From: an uncultured virus (IMG/VR IMGVR_UViG_3300032324_000268)
Taxonomy: Duplodnaviria > Heunggongvirae > Uroviricota > Caudoviricetes
Strand: one strand, 5' to 3'
Virus record (IMG/VR): IMGVR_UViG_3300032324_000268
Length of the DNA stretch: 64,000 nucleotides
Positions 18,612 to 29,900 of the stretch are shown piece after piece. A program made the translations under genes and the position numbers. The notes beneath the pieces are model-generated. The model ran no database searches and had not been told where the DNA came from. It saw only the letters and a list, made by a program, of their open reading frames with translations. Each line of letters opens with the position of its first letter. Within the stretch, counting starts at the first letter, position 1.

Positions 18612-18926
18612 ATGTTAGAGGCTATTTCCAAGTATCTTGCAAGCAAAATCCCAATGTACAAAGAGGTGGACTCAAAAGCTTTAGTGGTAGACTCACTTAT
18701 GAGCGGTGGTCTTTTTACCAAAGAGGACGGAGTTTTGGGACTATCCAAGATCGAGGAAGGCTTGTGGGAAGTTTTGTTCTTTGCGGCTGAGAGCAAGGAA
18801 GCTCGTAAATCCCTAATTCGTGAGGCCGCCAAAAAATTTGGTAAGATTTCTATTATGTTCTATAGGCCAAAACACGAAGGTCGTGAAAAGACCTATTCCT
18901 ACAAGTACTGGATGAGGCTCGCTTAA
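18612..18926 (+). CDS. hypothetical protein preceding ejection genes
   Basis: Probable start ATG 18612 after TTGACA-N16-CAAAAT; position equivalent to T7 gp13. Confidence 0.5.
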   Translation: MLEAISKYLASKIPMYKEVDSKALVVDSLMSGGLFTKEDGVLGLSKIEEGLWEVLFFAAESKEARKSLIREAAKKFGKISIMFYRPKHEGREKTYSYKYWMRLA

Positions 18927-18927
18927 T

Positions 18928-19851
18928 ATGGCAAGTAAACCTAAAAAACCACAATTAGAGCAATACACGGCTCCAGACATCTCGACATCGCTTGACAAGT
19001 TCATTGCCCAAGGAGCCAAGTTCCCTGGAATACAAGATACGCTGACGGAGTCGGCTCGGGCTTCACTGCAAGCTAAAGAGGAATTATTCCCAGGTTATAC
19101 GGGAACCCTCGGCCAAGCTTGGCGGTTGGCTCAGTCTCGTGGTGAGGGTTTGGTTGACCCAGAGACAGCGAAACGTGTTTCTGAAATGGCGGCTCAATCT
19201 GGGTTTGCAACTGGTACTGGTCCGGGTTCAGAACAAATGGGGTTACAAGCAGCGAAGCAGTATGGGTTGACTGCTCAGCAGTTGCAGGATTCTGGCGTCC
19301 AAATGGGTGCCGGTCTACGGGCTGAGGCAAATGCCATGATGCCGTTTCAAGCCATAAATCTTGCATTTACCCCTCAAGCTATCCGAGCTGAAGACCTTTC
19401 GATTGGTCAGGCCAACACTAACATTCGTAACCAGCAACAGATGGTAAACTATCAATATGACCAGCAGTACGGAGGTAATCCTTTTGCCGCTATTGGTGGT
19501 GGGTTGCTTGGGGGTGGAGCTGGGTTTGCTATTGGAAACGCTATTGCCCCAGGAGTTGGTGGGTTACTTGGCGCAGGGCTTGGCTCACAACTTGGGGGTG
19601 GAATGGGTGGAGTGTTTGGAGGAGCTCAGAGCCAGCAAGTCGGTGGTATGTTTGGCGGTCTTGGCCAGAGCCTTGGAACTCTTGGTGGATTACAGATGTT
19701 ATCTGGAGGAGGAAACAACCCATTCTCGTTGTTTAACTCTCGTACAACCGCAACTCCGGCGCAAGGGGTTTACTACAATAACACTCCTATGTCTGATGCT
19801 AGACTTCGGCAAGTTATGTCGACACCCTCTGGGGTTAAAGCAACGCCATGA
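18928..19851 (+). CDS. internal virion/ejection protein (Gly-rich)
   Basis: Gln-rich helix and glycine-zipper segment; first of three ejection-like genes. Confidence 0.6.
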   Translation: MASKPKKPQLEQYTAPDISTSLDKFIAQGAKFPGIQDTLTESARASLQAKEELFPGYTGTLGQAWRLAQSRGEGLVDPETAKRVSEMAAQSGFATGTGPGSEQMGLQAAKQYGLTAQQLQDSGVQMGAGLRAEANAMMPFQAINLAFTPQAIRAEDLSIGQANTNIRNQQQMVNYQYDQQYGGNPFAAIGGGLLGGGAGFAIGNAIAPGVGGLLGAGLGSQLGGGMGGVFGGAQSQQVGGMFGGLGQSLGTLGGLQMLSGGGNNPFSLFNSRTTATPAQGVYYNNTPMSDARLRQVMSTPSGVKATP

Positions 19852-20972
19852 CGCCAGCCGAATACGGATTTGCAGTAGGCCAGCAAATGGCCGCTACTGG
19901 GGACAAGTACCTCATGGGCATTCGTACTGGTCAAGCCCAGCAAGAGCTGAGCATGAGGCAGAAGGCTTTCGAATACGAGCAAGAGCTCAACAACCGAAAG
20001 TTCCCGCTACTTGAAACACAACTAAGAATCCAAACGGATTCACTCAAACTCCAGCAAGACCAACAAAGACAAGCCTTTGATTTACAGAATGCAAATATGA
20101 AATCAGTTGCGGCTATATCCCCGCATTTGCTTGAATTAGATGCCATCTTTAAAACTGGTGATACCTCTAAACTGCTTAACTACGAGGCTCCGGATGTCCA
20201 AATCAATACTGGCAATCCGCTTCTTGACAGCTACGCCTCAACCCTTGCAAAGCAAAGCGTTGTCAAATATAAAAAACAACTTCTAGAAAATGACCAAATA
20301 TTTAAGGCTTGGAATGATTCCGCAGATAAAGCCTTGTCGGTGGCTGGTCGGTATGACACACCTTCAACCATCAAGATGCAACTTATGGACATGGCTCCCA
20401 GACTGCGTAATGGTGGGTTGGCGGCTCTTACCGATTACGAGAAGACAACTCTATTGCCTTACGCTGATAGAACTGCTTACGCCTATAGCCCGGAGAATAT
20501 GGCAAGGATGAAGCTACAGATGGACATGGATGCAAAAGCCCAAAAAGCGGAAACTGAGTTTCTTGGTGTGGTCGGTAAAACTGCTGGTAACATATTGGCT
20601 CCTCTAGAAATGCAAAAAGCAGGAGCTGAGGTGTTTATTAAGGGTGTTAGAGCTCGCCAAGAAAAAAGAACTATGGGACAGCAAAACACTACGAATCAAT
20701 ACAAACCAACAACGACTGAGCCAAAAGATGAAGAAAAAGAGGCTATTAGGTTGGAATTTAAACAAGCTATGGAAGCTGTTCGAGGTGGGGCAAGTGCTCT
20801 GGAGGCTATTAATAAGCTATCTGAATCTATTTTAAAAATCAATAAAAGCGAAATAACTCCAGAAAGTAGGTTAGGAGCTCAAATACAAATACTTAATGCA
20901 ATGAGACAAAACGGTTTGGAACTCCCATTTACGGCAGAAGATTTATCTGGTACTAGCCAAAACCAAGAATAA
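19848..20972 (+). CDS. internal virion/ejection protein
   Basis: Helical Gln-rich; between Gly-rich and giant virion gene. Confidence 0.55.
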   Translation: MTPAEYGFAVGQQMAATGDKYLMGIRTGQAQQELSMRQKAFEYEQELNNRKFPLLETQLRIQTDSLKLQQDQQRQAFDLQNANMKSVAAISPHLLELDAIFKTGDTSKLLNYEAPDVQINTGNPLLDSYASTLAKQSVVKYKKQLLENDQIFKAWNDSADKALSVAGRYDTPSTIKMQLMDMAPRLRNGGLAALTDYEKTTLLPYADRTAYAYSPENMARMKLQMDMDAKAQKAETEFLGVVGKTAGNILAPLEMQKAGAEVFIKGVRARQEKRTMGQQNTTNQYKPTTTEPKDEEKEAIRLEFKQAMEAVRGGASALEAINKLSESILKINKSEITPESRLGAQIQILNAMRQNGLELPFTAEDLSGTSQNQE

Positions 20973-20989
20973 CGATACAATAGCGTCTC

Positions 20990-23900
20990 ATGGCTCAGAC
21001 GATTCCAACGCCTGGTAGCGACGCAGTAATAGCTTCTCAGCCTCCCGTCAAGGGAGAATTTGATTGGTTGAACGACACTTTGGGGCTAACACCTCAACCC
21101 AAAAAGTTAGTTGGTTTGGAAGATATCGAAGGTTTAGGGGATCCGCTAACTGAAGCTGAGAAAGCTCTTGAAAACCCTTTCTTAAAACTACCTAAAGCCA
21201 ATCCTAAAGATTTCATTGATACTGTTAGAAAGGATTGGGAAATCGGTCAAGAGGGCGTCAATATTGATATGGCCACTGACGATTTCGCAACGCAGGTTTT
21301 AACCTCTGGTCAGCCGGGAGACTACAGCCAGTTACAAAACAAGCGTAAGGCTTTGGCGAAATCACAGTACTTTAACCAAGCCGATAACCTAGTTAGTCGA
21401 GCTGTCCACGGAACTGTGCAGATGTTGCCCCCGATGGCTCAAGGACAATTGTCTGGTATTGAGAAGGGTGTTGAACGTGGGATGCAGATGGGACTTATTG
21501 GGTCTTCTGGATTCGTTGCTGGGCCAGAGGTTGGTGCACCGATGGTTACTGCGTTTACGGGTGTCGGAGTTGCTGGTGGTAACCTAGAGGGCTCTTTCAA
21601 CTACTGGACAAAGCAAGGCCGAGGAGCGTCGTTTGCGGAGTTGGTAGACGCTGGTGTGAACCAAGTCACTGCCGCGAATATCGCCCAATTTGTTGGTCCG
21701 GCTTACGCAGCTATCGAATACGCCCAAGTTGGAAAACTTTTGGACATAGCTGGCGGGAAAGAGCTTAAGCGTGGTTTATTGCGTGGGGCAATGCAACAAC
21801 TTGCGAAGGTTGTCCCCGCTGGTGCTAAAGTTGCCGCAGAGAAAGTAGCTCAAGTTTCGGCTAGGCCACTTGTAAGGGGTGCTGTCGACGTTGCTGGTGA
21901 TATATTGGTACAAGCTGGTGAAGAAGCGGCTCAAGGTGCCGTGTCTCAAGCTGGTACAGAATACGGAAGATCCCAACAACAGCTTATCGCTCAAGGTGCT
22001 CGTGACGGAGCTATGGAAGTGCTCGCAAACCTAGACCTACCAGAAGCGTCTAAACAAGTGTTGTCCCGTGGTTTTGACGAGTTCGCAAGTAGCATTGGGC
22101 CGATGGCAGTTCTTACTGGTGGTGCAAAGGGGACGAACTTCCTTCGTAAAGCCTCATGGGATGGGTTTGTATCCCTAGCGAACGGGGACATCCAGAAAGC
22201 CGCAGATCAGCGTGATGCTGTGGCTAAAGCGGGAGCACCTCAGACTGCACAAGCTTTAGCTGAGACTCTCGAAACGGAGCCAAGTTCGGTTAAGCCGACA
22301 GCAGCGACTGTCACACCGACAGCTCCAGTGGTTGCCCCTATCGACGAGCCAGCCCTTGATGCGGAACTAGAGGCCGCTGGTCAAGCACCAGTGGAAGCCG
22401 AACAGCCCGAAGCTCCTAAGCCTACTGTGGGTCTGCCTGGTGATGAGTTGGGTGCAAGGATCTTCTCAAACATCCGTGCCCGTAAGCCTATTGCAAAGGT
22501 CGATCTAGACCAGGTTGGTGGATTCTCGTTGTCTTCCGATTGGAAGCTAAACGAAGAGACGGGTAACTTCGAATACCAAGGACCAGTTTATGAAAGAAAA
22601 GAAGCTCCGAAAGTTCCAGTCGCAAAAGCAGAAGCCGCCCCAATCGCACAGCCAGAAGTCAAAGCTCCAGAAGCCCAAGCCGTCGCTCCTATCGAAGCCC
22701 CTAAGCCCCAGCCTGCTCAAAAAGGTGCAGAAGCTGTCGCTCCTACATTAACTCCAGAAGTTGACCAGCCGACTCAGACTGCAAATGGCTGGCTTGGAGA
22801 GGTAGACAGAGCCAAGACACAAAAAGAAAAAAGCTCTTTGGTCAGAATGTTCAAAGGCAAGGTTAATTCATTGTCGGCGAACGATCAAAAGGCCGCGGCT
22901 ATTTTCAATGAAAAGCTTTTGCAAAGACAACAAGGAACTGCACCGAAGGTTGAGGCTCCTAAAGTTGAAGCACCCAAGGTCGAGGCTACCGCACTTCCGA
23001 GATGGGAAGAAGTCCAGAAGAACAAGGATCAGATCAAGTTCCTCAAGTCCGTTTTCAAGAAGGCAAACGCCAAGCTTACCAAAGAGCAACAAGTAACCCC
23101 CAAGGTTGGCTGGAAGCGGAAGGATTTCTACTCGGCTCTAGAACGGATGTATGGTCAGCTAACTCAGCTTGAGTTCAAGCAACCTGAGCAAGTTGCACCA
23201 CCAGCACCGAAGGTTGGCGAATCCCCGAAGCCAACTGCGATCAACGAGGCCGAGCAACGCAGAAAGCTCAAGCTTGCTAACCTGCTAAAGGTATTCGGAA
23301 ACAAGGATCTCGATGGTGACCAAACGCTATTCCGTGATATTGCTATGGCTCAAGCTCGGAAAGTTGCTTCACAGATTGCCACACAATTTCAAAACCTAAC
23401 TGACCCAGACGGAGAAATCTACAACGGGTTGATCTCGGCTATTGCCACCCGCCTTAAGAAGTCTTTCGATAACAAGACACCAGTGTTCTTCAACGAAGCT
23501 GGTGAGCCGATTGCTATCAATGACGAGTCAGTAAAGAAGTGGCTGATGAAAGCCGCGGATCGTGCTGGACGAGATACCGCCAGACGCCAATCCGCACAGA
23601 GAGAAATCAACATTGAGTTCGGTGGCAAGCCAGCCGAAGGAGTTGTCACGCAACCCGAAGCCGCCAAAGAAGAAGCCAAGCCCGAGGGCATGCAAGTCAA
23701 AGAGGTTGCCCCAGAGGTCAAGGAAGAGCCCCGTGGAATTCGAGCAATTCGAGAAGCCGCTCAAGCTATTCGGGAACAGAGCAGTCCAGAAGCAAAGCTT
23801 GTTTTGGATTGGGTCGTGTCTCAGTTGGTTGGGGAAGACTCGGCATTGGGCAAGATCAAGACATACAAGGAACTCGCAACCTATCTGTCCAAGGTTGCTA

Positions 23901-26900
23901 AACGGACGATCAGCGACAAACGAGTTGGGTTGACTGTAAACGATGTTGTTAAGAAGCTGGCTGACAATCTTTCGGAAATCGGAATTAAGGTAAACGTCGA
24001 AGCCCTTGAGATGGCACTTAGCCCCGAGGGTCAGAAAGCCAAGGAACGTCTTGCGGCTGAGGAAGCCAAGGCGAAAGCCTCTCGTGACGAGAGAGTGGCT
24101 AAGGCGAACCTATCCGATCGTGCTAGAAATCTTCGTTCTGGTTATGCAGTAAAAGAGAGGCTTGTGGATGCGGTTGCATCAGCAACCCCAGAAAACAGAG
24201 CGAGAATTCAAAACGAAGTCATATCGTTGGCAGAAGAAAATCTTCTAGCCGATGACGACATCAACAACAGACTCGATAACATCGAGAAAGGATTACCGAA
24301 TGAAAAGCCCGCAATTGGACAACCTATTCCCCGGCGTCAACGCCGAGGCGTTAAACAAGCTAAAGAAGGCGAAGTTCTCGGCGGAACTGGAGAAGGCGTC
24401 GAAGGTGCACGGGGGATTACCAGCCCTGTCGCAACTACTGAGGGACAACCCCAACCTGGGGCACGAGGAGCTGAACCAGTCGGTGCACGACCTAGCGGAG
24501 CTGGACAGCAAGTGGGCGGAAAACAGCAAACAGCTACGGGAAATGTTTCCGTTGACGTAAGGCTATCCGAGAATAACAGAAGCCCCGCAGTTAAGACTTT
24601 GGTTCAAACGGCTACCTCCAACGGAGTTCCAGTTACATTACAAGATTCTCCAGAAAGCGGATCGGCTGTTAGTGTAGACACCAATCAAGTCGAAGGACAA
24701 GAAGTCCCAACCATTCGAGTTAACCAGAACAAGCTTAAAGAAGTTCGTCGAACACTTGGGCCAAAGGCTTTTGCCGAATGGTCTTGGAGAGCTATCAACC
24801 AAGAGATTATTCACTTTAGGCATCTCAAGCTTCTTGATCGTCTAGCCAAAGAGGAAGGTACTGATTACAAGAGCTACCTCGAGAAGGAGGCCAAGAGGAT
24901 CGTACAGATCATCAAGAGACAGCGTGGTCTTCGCAAGAGGATCGAGGCTATCTACAACAACGGCGAGAAGATGGATGACTTCAACCTTGCGTTCGAGTTC
25001 ACCCGAATGCTTGTCGAAGAGAAGATGATGGGCGGAATTACAGAGTCCTCCTATATGGACATCGCCAAGGTTCTTAACTCTGTGGATGCCGAAGGCCGAG
25101 GATTTATCTTTAGGTTTATGGAGCTTGTTCGGGATTTGATGTACGGATTGACTGGGCGTACCGCAGCGGAGACCAAGTTCCTTCGTGCAACGGCTGACGC
25201 TATCATCAGCGAGCAACGCAAAGTTATGCGGGACTTATACAACCCGACTGAGAAGCTTCCCGTACAAGTAAATTTCTATACACCAAAGGAAAAGGTTATA
25301 GTTGGATCTGCCGCAGATCGCAAAGCGTCTGAAGAGGAGATCAAACAAGATAGTGGCTTGAACCGAGCCAGTATGCCATTCCTCCGTGAATACGCCAGAG
25401 AGCTTGGGATCAAGGAACCTATGGGCCAGCGGAAGATGGAGGTTCGCGACGAAAAGACTGGCAAAATTAGGGAGCAGAAAGTTTCATTCCCAGTTTGGAA
25501 GAAGCCCGATTATGTAAGGGCGATCAAAGAGAAGCTTAAGGAACTCGGTAAGAAGTCAAAAGAACCGACGGAACTTGGTGCTGCATTACCTACCGATCGG
25601 CCTTACTGGCTGAAAGATGACGGAGAGGTTCTTGATGTCGAAGAGAATGCTCTCGTCGATATGAACTCAATCGGTAGCCACTCCGAAGCCGCGGTTCAGT
25701 TCCTCCAGGAAAACGATCCAGAGAATCCTTTCTTGTTGGAGTGGTCTCTTCTAGACCCGTTGCAGAAGAAGGATCGTCAGCAGTTGCCAGTTCAAGAGAT
25801 GTTCAACAAGGGTTGGCTCCGTGTAATCGGTGACGGGTTTAACTTGTTCTTTGAAGGAACTCCGAACAAGCCGCAGTTAGACAAGCTGTTCGAGGCCGCA
25901 ATCGAGGATGAAGTTAAGTTGATTCACGACAAGACCGGATTGTCGGGTAGGCCAAAATCTAAGCTTCTATACGAGCCACCGCTCGAGGACGAGCTTAACG
26001 CCGCAATGCCTCGGCGTGGATTCTCTTCTAGCGAGCCTAGATTCAGTAAGTCTTGGAAGGCTCTTCCCGACTCTGTAATTGGTTTGACTGAAGTATATAA
26101 AATGAAGCGTGGCACTAACGATGTCCGCCTATACCGAGATGAGATGGGCGATACATTCGTAATTAAGCGTGGTCAGTCACGTGAACAATTCGAAAACGAG
26201 CTTGCGGCAGATAACGTCTACCGAATTCTCAATTATCCAGTTCCACCTTCCAGATTGATTACTGACGAGAATGGGGAAACAGCCAAAATCGCCAATTACG
26301 TGGAGGGCCCGATACTCGCAGATTTCCAAGAGAATATGGCGGAAGCAGACCCAGATGCTGTTAACGCGGTGTTTGAGGAACTTGGTGATGGGCTTCTGAT
26401 TGACGCCTTCTTGTTTAACTATGACGTCCTAGGGGAAGGGTTAGACAACATTGTTGTCGCTCACGAAGAAGTCACAGAAGAAGACGGGCTAGCATTCCCA
26501 GAGCCGTTGATCAAATACACGGCATACCGAATCGATAATGGTGGAACTCTGGACACTCGGGCAATGGGTCTCAAGAGAGATGAGCCATTTTTCTATGACT
26601 CATTCTCTAGGTTAGCCGAAAAGTACCCGCAGTTTAATCTCACAGCCACAGATCTTGTGGCACAGCTTTCCGATATCGTACTCAACAGCGATGCTATTCT
26701 AAACGCAATCCCAGCCAGACTACGGCCTATGATGGCTCAAAGAATCCAATGGATGGCAGATCAGCTAAGTGCGGTTGATACAATCCCTTCAGCAATCGGA
26801 TACTCTGACGAAGATGTTACAGCACATTTCGCCAAATTGGCCAAGGAGATGGATTCCATTAAGGTTGTTCGGAACGCTCAAGGAGAGCTGATAAACGAAA

Positions 26901-29900
26901 AGACTGGTGAGCCTTCTAGGATTTATTTAATCGACATAAACGGGAAAACCACTGGCTTTATCCCGAAGTCCGAATTTAGGTACAAGTTGGAGAGAACTAA
27001 AGCTTTCAAGATGTGGTTTGGGGATTGGGAAAATGCACCAGAAGCATTGGGGACAAGCAAGATTCTTGATGAGGCTGGTGAGCCAATGATGATGTATCAC
27101 GGGACAAACTGGACTACAAAAGAGTCGATGTATATGTTTAAGGACGACATCGATAAAGAAACACAAGGGTTGAATCTATACCGCAGACGTTTCTCCCAGG
27201 GCAACCTATTCCGAGGAACTTGGACATCTTCAAGCCAAAAGTTCTCCGAGGACTGGGCAAACGAAACCTCGGCTGGGGAGTACGCTCAACAAGTTGTCAT
27301 ACCAGTATACGTAAAGAGCACAAACCCATTTGACCCACGCAATCCCGAGCACGCTTCCAGATTGGTAAACTATCTCGAAAACAGGTACTCTGTTGATGCC
27401 GGAATTAACGCCTTCATACCAACTCGGGATATGCGTGTGGCTATGGAGTTTGGTTTTTATGATTGGTCTTACTTTGAAAACACCGCACCAGAGTTTCCAG
27501 CAATGGGTTCCGCTTTTGAGCAGAAGGATGAGGAGGCTCGTCGTAAGGAATTCTTTGCAAAGCACCCGTACCCAATCCTTGAGGCTATTATCAATCTTGG
27601 GTTTGACGGAATGTGGGTAAAAGAAAAGGGGCTTGGTTTCCCAGGATCTATTGAAAGTAGACCAAAAAATTTGGTACAAGAGCTCGAGATAATCCGAAGA
27701 AGTGACGACAAGAGTGTTGAAAAGCAAACTATCGAGAACCTTAAACAAGACATAACGGAATACAACAATAACTCAACCTGGAACCACTTGTCGTTCCGTT
27801 CGGATGGCATCAAGTCATCAGCTAACACGGGTAAGTTTAAAGCGGATAAACGAAAGACGTTTAAGCCAGCTCAAGAAGCACAGCGTTTCGTCAACTACGT
27901 AACTAGAAATCGTAAGACTCTTTGGAACGAATTTCAGAAGGGTGGTAAGACGTATGCTTCTTACGACTCAAGAGAGAATCTAGTAAGTTACGCATATTCC
28001 GATCCAAGGACTTTGGCAAGGGCTAACATCGAGAGGACTGAGATGAAGAACGGGGTTGTGTTCTTTAGTGCTAGGTCGGTTGAGGGTGTGCGTAGTCCAG
28101 ACCGCAAGCCTACCGATATTCTTGGAGCCGCGATGCCTCGCCAGTTCGGAGTTCGCATAAAGGACAAGATGCAGGCTGATGCTTACGACAAGCTTAAGAA
28201 CTTAACTTACGAGCCGATCCCAGATAGCATGGTTCAAGAAGAAGCCGAAGCGTATCTGGAGAAACACGGAATCCGTGGTGCTATGGATGCTACCATTTCC
28301 AAGTCGAGTCCTCTTGAACACGGGTCACGTGAGTTGCTGGCTCAAATGATTATCTTAAAGCTTAACGAGCAGTATAAGAAAACCAAAGATGCTAGAGTCT
28401 TGGAAGAGTTAATCGACTATACCGATACCTTTTTGGCGATCACTTCTGAGGCTGGACGTGCTCTTAGGCAGTTGTCTTTCTGGAGCAAGCTGTCACCCGA
28501 GGGGATGTTGATGCTCTACAAGAAGAAGCTTGATGAGTCAAATCGTGAGACCCGTGACCGATTCAATGAATTCTTTGCGAAGGTAAAGCGTGAGCTTTCG
28601 ACGTTGCCAGCTGGAGCACTAGATCAAGCCTTGAAGAGTATGGAAGGTTTGTTGGGTAAAGCCGATAAAGCCGCAGAAGAATCTCGTAAGAAGCTTGCTA
28701 CCAGCAACACTATGACTTTCTGGGAGAACTTCTCCAAACAGATTGGCGATAGCCTTGTTCAGAAATCTCAAGAGCAACTCAACATTGCAGAGGAAGAGCT
28801 TGCTCGCACTGCTGGTGGAGAGGCAACACCCGAAGGCGAGTTGGCTAGGAATAAGGTCAACAACGCAAAGACGATCAACCAAGCAGCCCAAGAGATGAGC
28901 CGTAATATCAAGCAGATGTTCCTAGCTCTTGCCAAAGAACAAGGTAAGAACATTCGAGATCCTCGGGTTCTCACGGACGAAGAGTTTGCCAATAAGACGG
29001 ACGAAGAGGTTGCAAAGATTCAACAAGCAGAACGGGATTCTAAGCAAGCACAGAAGTTTACGGATATGTTGGCGAGATGGCCGAAAGCCTTGCAAGCTTG
29101 GCAAACAGCGACGGACGCTATTCGTGCTCAGACATCCGTCAATCCTGAACTGGCTACTATGTTCCAGAGTTTTCTAGACCTCACTCTTGAGACCCCATTC
29201 ACGATGCCACAACTCAAACGATTCTTGTCTCTAAGAGGCGTTAAACTAGAAGACCTAATCCGTGAGCATTACCAAGAAGGTAAGCTGGCGAACAACGCTT
29301 ACTCTCTAGCCAAGGAGATGGTCGAGGAGGCTGGTCTTGGGGCATGGGAAGAGGAGACTGGTTCGGAGGTGACAACTCCTCTTGAGCCAGTTGCGGAAGG
29401 TGAAGAGCCAAAACCTTTAACAACGAAACTCCCTAGCCTTTCGGAACGACTAACACAAGCCCTTGCCCTTCAGATCGAGAAGTATGCTGAGACAGAGTCA
29501 GCAAAGAAACTTAATCGATTGATTGATTCTTATGCTGACAAACGTCTTGAACCATCTCTCAAACGCTTTATGAAGCGTATGGTTCAGTATCAAGCCTTGG
29601 GATTATTCAACAACGCCTATGCCTGGAACGAATTTCAGAAGCAAGAAGGGTTGGATAAAGTAAAGCCAGAGGTTGTAAATCAGATTCTTGATATTATGGG
29701 CAAGGCGGAAAAGCTTGTTGGGTTTAGGAAAGAAGAGGCATACGCCGATGCGCTTTCACTTATCTCTTACCACACGAACACAGGCTTTTGGAACTTCACC
29801 AAGTCTTGGTGGTACTTGAGCATATTGTCGGGCTTCACTACTCAAGTCGCTAACATTGCAGGCAATGCATATAACACAATGCTGTTGACTGTACCGACTA

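Noticed and set aside
19258..19268. Further GTATGGGT matches to the candidate guide (also ~7558)
   Set aside because: Distant coding matches at roughly chance frequency; no supporting context
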